DNA of 64,000 nucleotides from a virus: IMG/VR virus record IMGVR_UViG_3300043466_001759, positions 1 to 64,000 of that record; one strand, 5' to 3'. Shown piece by piece: positions 25,500 to 37,400 of this stretch (position 1 is its first letter; each line of letters starts with the position of its first letter). The notes under the pieces were generated by a model. It saw only the letters and a program-made list of their open reading frames with translations, ran no database searches and was not told where the DNA came from. The position numbers and the translations under genes were made by a program.

Positions 25500-28400
25500 T
25501 TAATTGGTAAATACTTTTCTTAACTGACGGAGCCTGAGACTCAGCCCTTCCTTGTAGACTACGACGCCTTTCTTCGTCTCCTTAGCCGATCCATAGTTAT
25601 CTTCCCAGTGCTCTATCAACAGCCTCCTGGCTTCAGTCATGCTGATGCCAGATTTCTTGAGAGTTTTCATGTATTCATCTCGAGAAGTGACAGCGTCTTT
25701 GTAAGCCTGATCGCTCTTGTAGTTTTTGCGGGATGGATTAGCAGATGCCGCATAGACTAGACTCTGTTTCTTTTTCTGCTGAGCGTCCCTCGCTTGCTTC
25801 TTTTGAGATCCGCTTAGGCTATCGCTGTACGCAAGATCCTTGTCATCCCATTTCATGCCTCTCAAGTCTTTATCAAATAGCTCCTTCTTTTCCTCGTCGC
25901 TTGCTCCTGAATACTCAGTGCGAGGACCATAGGTAGAAACCGACACTCCAAAGAACGCCTCGAGAGACGCTAACGTACCGCTAACGACTCCAAGCTCTTT
26001 CTCGGCTGCAGCTATTTCCTTCCATGTTAAAGGTGTGAGACGAGATCCGATTATGTGCTTAGGCACTGCCAACGGATCTCCCTCTTTTGCTATGTTCCTG
26101 CCTACGGCATCTTTTCCAGAGACCCACTCTAATATCGATGCTGGACCTGTACCTAGCTTGTACCTAGCGAAATTAATAAGGAAGTCCGCTCCGGTCTTTC
26201 CACCGTATTGAACATCTTCACCGTAAATCGATTTGATCTCGCCACTGCTGGTCTTTATTGTTCCAGTTAGTAACCTCGAAGCTAAAACAACAGCTGGCAT
26301 TAAACCACCATCATCTTTGAATCGCGTCTCTCCAACCTTCATAACCCAGGCATCACTAGATCTTGGATCCCATTCAATGGTGGGCTCCTTCTCTTCGTCG
26401 TCCCCAGCGAGTAGTGAGTAGGCAAAGTAACCCATGGCCATTTTCGTAGCGTGCCCCATGAGAGTTTGAATGTACAGCTTTGCCAGCGACACTCTCATTC
26501 CACGGTCGGCATTCCATTGACCTATCCATGAGGGGGTAGCCAACTGGAGCGGCAAAATGAAGTCGGCTTGAATTCTGGACCACGTCCATCGTCTTGCCAA
26601 GAAAAAGAAATCTAGCCACGGACTTCCACCTCTAAGGCCAGTCCCTCGACCGCTAAAGATGTTTGTTATTCTGCCAGCCTCTTTGATGTCGCTATCAGTC
26701 CACTCCATATTTGTGCCGAAAAACTCTCGAGCTGCCAGTGTGTCTCGCTTCTGAATATCGTACAGATCAGCCTTCATGATATTCGCGAAGGTCCGGTTCC
26801 CTCGCTCGAAAGCTCCGTACGCACCAACCCAAGCGCGAAACGGAAGCAACCACGGAGTCTTGGTGTTCTCGAGCCATCGGATAACGGCCGACTGGTACAT
26901 CTCTTCCAGCTGAGCTCTTGGCCCATCTTTCTTAGTGAACTCAACCTCTGCCTGCAGATACTCCTTCGCATTTGGACGGCTCTCCAGGCTTTCCACCGAA
27001 GCCAGAGCCAGCCGCTGACTCCACACTGCCGGTATCGCCTCGACTGCCGCCATGAACGCTCTGACTGGATGCGATCGCGAATAGAAAAAGCCCTGCCTCA
27101 GAAAGAACGACAACTCCATGCCAAGCATCAGAGTCTTGGGTATTAAAGAGGTTGCTTCCAGCAATCCGTATTGCATCCACTGACCAGCATTCCAGGTTGC
27201 TCGTTTCGCCTTTTCGATCTCATACATCGCCTCATACTTTATCTTTTCGATCTCGAGGTTCTTGTCGAGGATGTCCTCTTCTGTGATCGTCCGCTTATTG
27301 CGTGGAACTGGAAGTATCCCTGACTTTGCTTCGTCACGTCGCTTCTCCCAGAACGCCAGACGCCTCTCCTGGCCTTTTCGGTATCGCTCCCAGTACTTCG
27401 CTTCTTCACGAGCTTGGTAGACAGGGCTCGCCTTCCTGGCTTCATCACGTACCTTCCTGAGATCAGCCAGCTGGGCCCGTAATGACTCAAGAACGCTAGA
27501 AGTAGGAACCTTGCCCTTTACCGCAGGAGCCCACGTTCCATCAGTCAGTGACTTCGTGTCAGCTTTTATATCATCGATTTGAGATTGCAGCATTCGCTCT
27601 GCCATGGCCAGCCGCTGCTCCTCAGTCATCGGCTTTCGACCACCCTGTGCAGGTATTGCTCCACCGTCATCATCGTAGCGACCCTGCTCAGCCTCAGCTG
27701 CTGCTTGCCTTGCCGCTCTTAGACGATCCTGCCACATCTTGAGCTGCGACTGGACCTCAGCAGCAACTAGGCTAGGCTTCTTGGTTGAGTCGACCTCCTT
27801 GCCATCCTTTACTTGCTGAAGCTTTTCTTTTAGTTTCTCGATAGCCTTAAGAGCTCGTTGTGTCTGCTGCTCAGCTGAAAGCATCCTCTGCTTCTTGGAC
27901 CTCGGGAATATTTTTTCGTACTCAGTCTTCAAGTCGTCGCGTTGCTTCCTCTTCGCCTCGAGCTGGCTCCTTATTGAAGCTAACTCTGCGTCTGGCTTCA
28001 ATGGAGTGCGATCGTTAACCGACCTTGCCAGCACAGTACGACTCTCGATAGCTTCTTCCAGTGCCTCAATGTCTTTGCTTAACATCTCGAGCCTGTTCTT
28101 GCCAGCAGTCTTGGCTGTGCTCAGCGCAGACTTGAGTTGGCCCTCACGAGACTCCGTTGAAACCGGAAGCTCTTTTTTGAGCTTATTGAACTCAGCAATC
28201 AGATCTCGCTCGATGCTATCTGGAGTAGGCTGTTCTCGTCCTGTTGATTTCGGTAGCAAGTTCTGGTCTCGAAGTCGACGAGCAACCTCTTCTGGACTTA
28301 CACCATTCTTAAGCCACTCTTCACTTTGAGCGATGGCCTTAATGGTGTCCTCGATCTTTAAGGACTGACGAGTCTTTCCTCGAATAGCTCGAGTCTTTAC

Positions 28401-31400
28401 TGCAATCTCCTCTTTGTTCAGTGGACGCCATGAACCGTAGTCAGACATGGCCTGCATAGTGTCGTATTCTGAAATACCAGGAACTTCGATCGACAACTGC
28501 GCATGAACAACATCGACAACTTCCCTCCAAGTTTCATTGGTCGCTCCATAACCGGCCTCAATCGCTAGGGTCATCAACTCTTTCGCCCTCGCTCCAATAG
28601 CAGACGGCTCAGGATCATCCCCGATCGGAGACTCTACCTTCTTCTTGCTATTGCTCTCCGCCCAGGCGTCTTTGATTACTGACATCTGTTCAAGAGTCAC
28701 GTTTGGCATGTTGGCTTTAACTTGCGACTCCAACTCTAGGACAGAGCTAACTCCCATCTCTCGCAGAGCGTTAACAATACTGTCAGCTGCTGACTTAATG
28801 TCAGTGCCTTGCCGCGACGGAGAGTAACGAATGTCAGGATTCGTCTTATCAAAATCGCCTGTGTTAGAAGTGGCAGACTTCACCTGGGATGATTCAACAA
28901 CAAACCAGGACTCTCCCGATCCATCGTTTTCTTCATATACCTTCACTCCATCGTAGCCACGCTCTTTCATTCTTTCGACAACCTTAGGATTGTCCAACGC
29001 ATGCCAGTCTATCATGCCGTCGATGAATATCTCGTTGATCCAGTCCCCATCGCTGTCCACCTCGGTGTTCGAAACACCACCTCCAGTGTCTATCCACCGC
29101 TTGCCACCTTCTTCGTAGATCATTGGCTCTAAGATGTACTCAGCATCTTCAAAAGCCTTTGCAGAAGCAGCCTTAACTTCTTCACTCGATCGACTACTGA
29201 TACCGATCACCTTTGGATCCATCAGCCTGTTTTGAACAGAAAGATAGACTGGCAAGACATTCTTTCCGTACTGCCTAGCATCGTCTTCGCTAGGGCTAAA
29301 GAAAAACCCGCTAGTCTCTACATCAAACGACGAGAGCATTACTGATCGTTGCGATGTCCTGCCTGACTCAAACACAGAGAACTTTTCGTTGGTTCCGTGA
29401 TACACAACTAGAGGGTTACCATCCTCATCGACAACCTTGCTGTCACCGAACCACTTCTTAAAGGCAGCTGTGTCGATCTGTGATCCGCCAGCACCTCCCT
29501 GCGCGTCCTCCCAAGCTTTAATAGCGTACTCGAGAGGATCCAGTATGACCTTTGACGCATCAAGTAAGTTCGTGACCTCAGACCCGATGTCAGGATTGCT
29601 AGAGACATACTTCGGAAGATACTTAACAAAGGAGTTGGCAAGAGCCTTGTAATCCGATGGATCGCTAAATCGGTCCTCATCGAACTCGACTCCTGACTCA
29701 CTGGCTATTTGCTCGAGCATCATGCGAGTGCCTCGAGACCTGTCTCTGAATAGTGCTTGGACTCCTTCGGCCCAATTCCTTTCTTGCAAGTCAGATTGGA
29801 CAGTCCACTTGCTAAACATCCTCATGAGCTTACTGTCTGCCTTGAACGGATTCTCGTCTCCGAACACAGTCCCTAGAACAGCTATGTCTTCATCACTCAG
29901 TTTAGACTCAGGAATGGCTTTCATTATCAGCGGCATATACGCTCGCAACCACTCGTCTCGAGACACAGTAGATGGGTCTGGAAGCGTGTCGGTGCCAAAT
30001 CCAAAACCGTTCACATTGGTGATCGCACTGCGACTAACAGCTGCGCGACCAGATGATCCGCCGCCCCATGCGTTTTGAAATGCTGCAAAACCATCCGCAA
30101 CCTTTTTCATAAGCGTAGCTCGCTTAGTACCGATCTTCTCTCGAGGAGGATCTGTCTTTGGTACTGACGCCGCTTCAGCTTTCTTTCTTGCGATTGCTTC
30201 CTTGGCAAGTTTTTCCGCAAGGGCAGCTGTTTCCGCTTCTAGCTTATCTATACGCTCAGCCATCTCGGCGTACTTAGCGATCTGCTCTGGGCTCGGGTCA
30301 GCTTCAACGTGGCTTGTGTGCTGTCTGGTTAACCCTTCCACTGAGAAGTCAGACGCCAACTCGGCCTGAGCGGCATGCCCTGCGTAGCCCCATTCCGAAT
30401 GCCCTCTCTGAACAGTCCTGTTGAGATCTAGCCATTCCTTCCTGTCGCTTCCAGAGATGTCTCCTTCATTCTTGAGCTCTCTAATACGAGCGTTAAGTAT
30501 CGCATCTTCCATGTCCGTCAACGGTCTAGGCTTAGCGTTCATCTCTGAGATGATCTCGTACGGACGGCCTGGATTAGCTGCGAGTTCTGCAATCGCTTTC
30601 TTTTGCCTGTCCTTGACCTTTCTTGGACCAAACCATTCTCTAGGAGAGTCACCTACAGATTTTCTCTGTCCTTCAGTCCTGGCGTACTTTGTTCCAGTAG
30701 TTTCCGGTAGTGAACTCTGCCCAGGCTTCGCTAACCCTCGTTCCTCCATAGCTTTCATAAGCTTGGCGAACATCTCGTCTTGTCGGCTTGGAGAATAACG
30801 GATATCTGGATCAAACTTGTCGAACGTGCCTCGATTGCCAGTCGCTGACTTGATCTGCGAAGAATCAAAAGCAACAACTTCCGCGAATGGCAAGTCTGAC
30901 TGATTGACTATCACCCCATCGTAACCAGCTTCTTTAAGCCTCTTGGTTATCTCGATCGACTTCTCTGGGTCCAGGTGTGACGTCGGATCACCATCGTACA
31001 CATCGTTAAATACCTTAGCTACTTTTGCGTCAACATAGTCCAGCTTGCCGCCAGACATAGACAGAGCGTCTGCAGTGTTGTCTCGATAGGTGTCATTGAT
31101 GATCGCAGGGTTCTTAATGTCAACATAGACCTCCAGAATGCGAGATCCATCACCCCTGCCCGCGTACCTACCAGCACCTTCGCTGTCTGTTGTAAAGTAA
31201 TACCCCTTTCCGTAGTAACCTCCGTCAGTAGACGTTTTCGCCTTTCCTTCGAAAACGTTGAAGTCCCTCTTAGTTCCGTGATACAAAGAAAGAGGCTGTC
31301 CGTTCCAAACAATCTTAGAGGAGTTCTCAGGATCATTCTCCCAATCTCCGAACCATTTCTTAAAAGCTGGAGAGTCGACCTGACGACTCGGAGAATAGCG

Positions 31401-34400
31401 AATCGACTCTCCTTTTGTTCCTTTGGGAGAGATCCGAACACCGTTCTTCTCAAGCTCGGCGCGGAGTTGAGGCGTTACCGTGTTCTCTGGTATAGATAGC
31501 CTGCTGGGATTGACAATATCTGCAATCTTTTTAGCAACTTCAGCATCAGGCACAATGCGTTTGATTCGCAGATATCTTGAAAGAACCACTTCCCTGCCTC
31601 CAGGGAGCTTAGATGCAACAACGCCAGCTGTCCATTTGTTTGACCCGACCTTCTTACTAGACCCTTCTGCCTGATACCCACTGGTCATCTCACTTGCCGG
31701 AACTTCGACTTCAACAATGACCATCTTCGGTCGCTTGACCCCATCGTTGTACCAGGAAGCCGTAAACTGATCGTTAAGAGGTATCGGAGAAGCATGGAAG
31801 TACGGAGCATATGCTGCCCAGGTTGTTCCCTTTGGTTTCTTCAATGGGAATTTGCCAGCATACTTGCCAGTCTTAGGGACCAAGTCAGGCCTCTCCTCAG
31901 CAACCATCCACTTGCCTACAGGCTCAGGCTTCCTTAAAGACAGCTTCTTACCGTCGTTGATCTTCGAGGACATTGGCGGGTATAGATTCCCGTCAATCAT
32001 TGTCATAGCGCGATACAACGTCACCGTCTCGCCTTTATCTAGCTCCTTAGCTAATTCAGGCCGTGCGATTGCGTACCGAAGACCGGAGTTAAGATCTCGA
32101 CTGTCCAGTGCTGTCGCGTTTTCAATCGCGGCCGATCGCTGCGACCTGACTGCTTCGTCGATGTCGTCGAAAGCTTTACCTTCGCCGCTATTGTGACGAT
32201 AGATGTCGGTTCGCTGAGGATCGTAGGCCATGAAGACCACGTCTGGCTCGCCGTTGTTGAAGTCTGAGTACTCCTCCTTGCTCCAGCCACTCGGTGCAAA
32301 CTCATCGCTCCACTTGGCACGAGAGATCACTCGGAACCCATTGGCACTGTAAAGAACAGGAAGGAACGTATCGAAGGCGTCCAGAGTGTTACCGCCCTCT
32401 TCCACAGCAAGACGCATCATCGAATAACTAACGCCACGATGTGCGTTATTGGCCGTGTTGAAAACTGACACAATGTCAACCACACCGGCCTCTCCAGAGT
32501 CCTTCAAGGCGAAACCTGCCTTGCCATCTTCCGTCAAGAATAGCCGCATATCACGGTAGTCTTGCTCCGGATAAACATAGACAGATGCACCGAGCTTACC
32601 CTGGCTTTCACGCGCCGCATTTATAGCCGCCGTAAACTGTGACGCAGACTTCTCTGACTTCTGTAGCTCTACGAAACTGGGAGCGGCAACCCCAACATCA
32701 GCCCACTCGGCAGCATCAGCCTCGTAGGTCGCAACTACGCCATATCCGCCCAGCGTTCGGCTTTCTTCTGATCTACTCCAAGCTCTTCCATTAGATCCAA
32801 CACGGCTCCGGATGGTGGCTGTTGCTTCCCTGCCGCTTCTTTTTGCAACTGCAGCTCTTTCTCTAGTTTTTCTGGACCTGTCTTCTGACCCGTCTTTTTC
32901 TGTGGTTCCATCAGTACTCTCCCTATCTGTTGTTTCTGAATAATCTGCCGCACGACCTTCCGTCCAGGTCCACTCTGGCATCAAGCCAGTCTTCTGATCA
33001 GCAAAGGTCGTGTCCTCTACTTTTGCAGTACGATTCTTGTCTCCGTGCGGACCATAGTTCAACCACGAGTTTTGACCTCGGGTCTCGCTCGTGATCGCAC
33101 CAACAGCATCACCCGTAAACAGCCTTACGTGAGCCTGCCAAGCGTTCTCTTCGCCTCGAGCTCTAAACCCAGCCCCTTCTAGACTATGGCCAAATGCGTC
33201 GTGAACGGCTCGGAACAAGTCGTTCGCCGTAACTGGTTTCATTTGCCCGTCCAAACCACCGGAAGGCCATTTGATACCAGTATCTTCTAGCAACGGGTTG
33301 TCGTTGACATCAAGATCGCTGGTTCCAAATCCGTCCGATGTCGGGAATACGCCCATCTGCTTGTTTTGTCGCAGATCTCGCAAAGCGTTATACGGGCTTG
33401 ACGCGTACTCAGCATTACTTGGCACATTCAAGTCCATAAACCAGAACTTGTACCCAGCGTCTTCCAGAGCCTTGTACTGAGCAGTGGTCTGCCTAATCAG
33501 CTCTTTGTACGCGGCCTTAACCTTTGGATCCTGGGGAGCATGAGCCATTTGCTCGTAAGCATCGGCTATCCTCTTAGCTCTCTCAGGATCTACCTGAACG
33601 TACTCTGCTTGTCGCTTTAGGTCGATTCCGTTTTCTTTTGCGTATCGCTCGGCGACTGCAACGACCTCGGGGTCCGGCCCGTTAATGCCCGGGACCGATG
33701 GCGAGCCTGCAAGAGGCGAATTCTTCCTAAGGTCTTTTCGTCCTCTTCCGTCTCCGGCCGATTCGGGTCGTTGTCGCCCCACTCCTGCTCTGGTGCCATC
33801 TGCACCGGATCCGGCATATTCTCCGCCATCCAACTCTCTACCGCTGCCAGCGTCCTCTCCTGATTGAACAGTCGATTGTGCTCGTCCTGTTGCTTCTGGA
33901 GAGACTCGCTGTCCGGAAGAAATCGACTCTCGTCGACCATCTCGCTTCGACGCTCTGTGTTCTTGGCTGACCTTTTTTGCTGCTTGTTCATAATCTAGTT
34001 TTTCAATCTCCTTAGATAAACCGAGTTTTCCCCACAACTCTTTCTCATAGTACCACATCAAAGCCTGGAAGTCAGCTTTAGTAATGTCCTTTCCGATAAC
34101 TTCCTTTACTTGCTTAATCGCCAGCTCAGCTACCTCCCTCTGAACCTCCCTGTCTTTTCCTGACTTTGCTATTTCGTACAACCCATAGGCGTTCACGACT
34201 ACGTTTTTCGCGGCTTTGAATTCAGTAGTATTAACTTCAGTTCGCCTCGCTATGGCGTCTCGAGCCATTCCAGCTATCGACTCGCTGCTGACTTTCCCGG
34301 CTACCTTCGAGTTTCCTATCTTTTCTGACAGTTGACCATAAAACTTCTTTTCGTTGGCATTTAGTTTAGACGGATCAACTGGAGCGAATTGCTGTATCGA

Positions 34401-37400
34401 GCCGTTTTCAATAGATCCAAGTTCATCGGCTTTTTTGATTGCCGACACGTAAGAACTTATGGCTGTGCTTGTGAACACTGAAGCGTTGTGCGACTTGAGC
34501 ATTCTTGCGTACCTGAGTGCTGCGCGGTCATTCCTCGCAACATCTTCGCGACTCATACCAAACTTCTTCAAGTACTTGTCTGATAGATTTTTACGAAGCC
34601 CGTTATCTATGGACTTTTGAGCGTTCTCAACATTTACTGATTCAAGCTTGCCTCTTAACCTTCCAATTGTCCTGGACCACCACAAGTCCATAGTGATAGT
34701 GTCAAATCTATAATTCAGGTTGTTGTAGAAGCTTCCTATTTTGGCTCCGAAAATCATGGATCCATAAACTCTAGCTGTAACCAGCTCGCCACCAACCTTG
34801 AATGATTCCTTAGAAATGCTAATGCTTGGATCAATGCCATCTTCTACTGTAAATCCATGTTTAGAAAGCTGAGCTGCTGTCAATGGAGTGGCTAGAAAAG
34901 CCTCTACCCTCTCCCATCCAAACTTCTTAACAAGCTTGTCCATAGTGTCTAGGCTAGACTCAACACCAGACCTATGCCCCCACCCTGACAACGTCCCTGT
35001 TTTCTTCCATCGCTCGTATATTTCCACCGCCATGCGGAAGTTCGGCAGAACATCTTGGCCGTCGCTACTGATAGCAAGCGCAGCCTTGAACATCATCTGA
35101 TGTTTACCGGGAGCGACGATCTCTGGGAATATGTCCGCCATGTGATCCAGAGCGCCGGTGACCTTTTCATTATACCAACCGATAGCCCCCTCAGCCCAGT
35201 CCATTTTGAGCGCGTGCAAAGCCTCCTTGGCTAGCTGGTTTGCCATCCTTGCTTTTGCAGACTTGGAATGCTTAGAGTTGGGCGAAAGGGAATGACCAGA
35301 AGCCTTCTTGTAAAGCGATTGCAGCCACTGAGCCACATCCCACTTAGTTCTCTTAAGATTGTTCTTCTGTGAATCGCTCCTGGCTTCTAGATCCTGGGGA
35401 ATTAACGAAGTATCTATTCCGTTGGAAATGATATCCTCTGTTAAAAGCCACGGCTTATTCTTTTCTACTCTTAAGCCATAAACAGCCATGTCTGGATCAA
35501 CCCCAGCAAGCTTTGCTTCTCGTGCTATCGCTTGCTTTCGCTTTTTATCCCAAGACCTGAGACGATCCAAACCCTCTGGAGTTAGCTTGCTTCCAACAAC
35601 AAGCCCATTGCTCTTAAGGTTCTTAATTCGAGAAGGAGTGATGTCTGACTTAACAAAGTCACGCTTCGAATGCTTGTTTGCAATTGCGATTAAAGCATCG
35701 TGCTCGTCTGGAGTTGCTGATCTAGCTGACTCTCTGATTTCTGCAACCCTGCTTGCCTCGCTGTCTTGATTTTCACTGCTTCTTGCAGGCGATGCTCTCC
35801 CACCTGAAGAAGGCGATATGCCATTACTTTCCATCGCAGACTCAATAGCCAATCGAACTTGACCAGCTAGCGTGTCTGGCTCAGCGAACCGCAATGCCTT
35901 ACGCAACCACCTACCGATCTTAGCAAGCAACCCCGGCTTGCTATTGCCTAACTCGTTCCAGAAATCGAAATCGCCAGCTCTGTCTTCAAGATAACGCGAC
36001 AGCGATTCTTCTTGCCGAATGTCCTCGTTAGAGTTGAACTCGTTAATGAAATCGGAAAGGTCTTTTGTTTTTTGACTGAGATCACCCTTTTCTTTGAGCG
36101 ATCCGTCCTTGTTGAATATGTCGTACTTAAGACCAGCTTTTAAGGCAGCTTTAAGAAGATCTTGCCCAGAAACATCCTTGTCGACATCGACGGCCTTGCC
36201 AGACCTTTTAATGTCCGCCCTAACACTCGATAGCAATTCTCTATCGAAATCGCCAATGTAGTCTTCACCAGCCTTCTTTAATCCGTCTTGTTCTTTGCTA
36301 GATTCGTGTTTCGAAACCCAGTTGTAAAGCTGATTCCAAGCCTCTGGGTTTCCTACTTTCATTGCGTGAAATGCCTCGTGCGCAAAAAGGCCCCAGGTCA
36401 TCCACTTTGAATTCTCACCCCTCTCCCTATTCATATTGGTTACGTAGTTGCGATTGATCCAAATCGTCATGGTACTTGGCCGGAAAAGTCCAGGAAGACT
36501 CAGATCTCTTCCGTTGACAAATCGCATGCTAACGCCCATCTTGTCAAGGATCTTCACCTGCTGCTTTTCGTCGTCCGAGAGTTCTTCCGATGAGACTAGC
36601 GTTACATTCCCGAGCTGTTTAGGAACATCCTCCTTTGCAGCCTGTCTATTGCGACTAGACGCTGCCTTCTTCGGTTTAGTCTTAGACTTCCTGGCAGGAG
36701 ATATGGCGACAATGGCATCCACAAGACCTGGATTGTTGACCAGGTCATTAACAGTTACTTCTGTACCTAGACTTTCAGTCAGACTCTTGGCAATTGCCTC
36801 TCGTTGACCAGGGCTTAACTCATTGAGGTACTTCTCCGCCACAGCCTTCTTTCTGGATTCTTCTTTAGGCTTGCTTGCCTCATTAGAATCTCTCTTGGGC
36901 CTAGCTGGAGGCTTAGGTGCTTCTTTTTGTTTTGATGAAGAAGAGTCAGACGACGGAGTCCCCGCCGTCGCCTGACCTTCAGGTTTCTCAGGGCTTACTT
37001 GCCCTTCGGCTTTGGTTTGGGCATTGGTTTGCCCTTCCCTCCGCTCTTCGGTTTGCACTTCACTAGGATCACCTCCTCTCTTGGTCTGTGGAGCATCTTT
37101 ATCCTCCTGGTTGCGAACAGGTTCCACTGACACTGCGTCAGAAGACTTGGCTTCAACTTGAGCAGGGGATTTGTCGCCACTGCTTGTGCGTTGTTTCAAT
37201 GGTGGCGGTGTAGCTGACTTTGGAAGTAGAGGTGGTGTCGATCCAGTCTTAGATGGTGGCGGCACGCTCTCGCTAGACTTTGCGTTAAGCTTGTTTTCGC
37301 GTCCCATGCTTTTCTTGGATTCCTTCGGCGCTGACGTCGTGTCAGTTGACTTCTTGTCGCTTGGCTTAGCCTGACTGAAATTCAGAGCCTCTTCCAGCAC

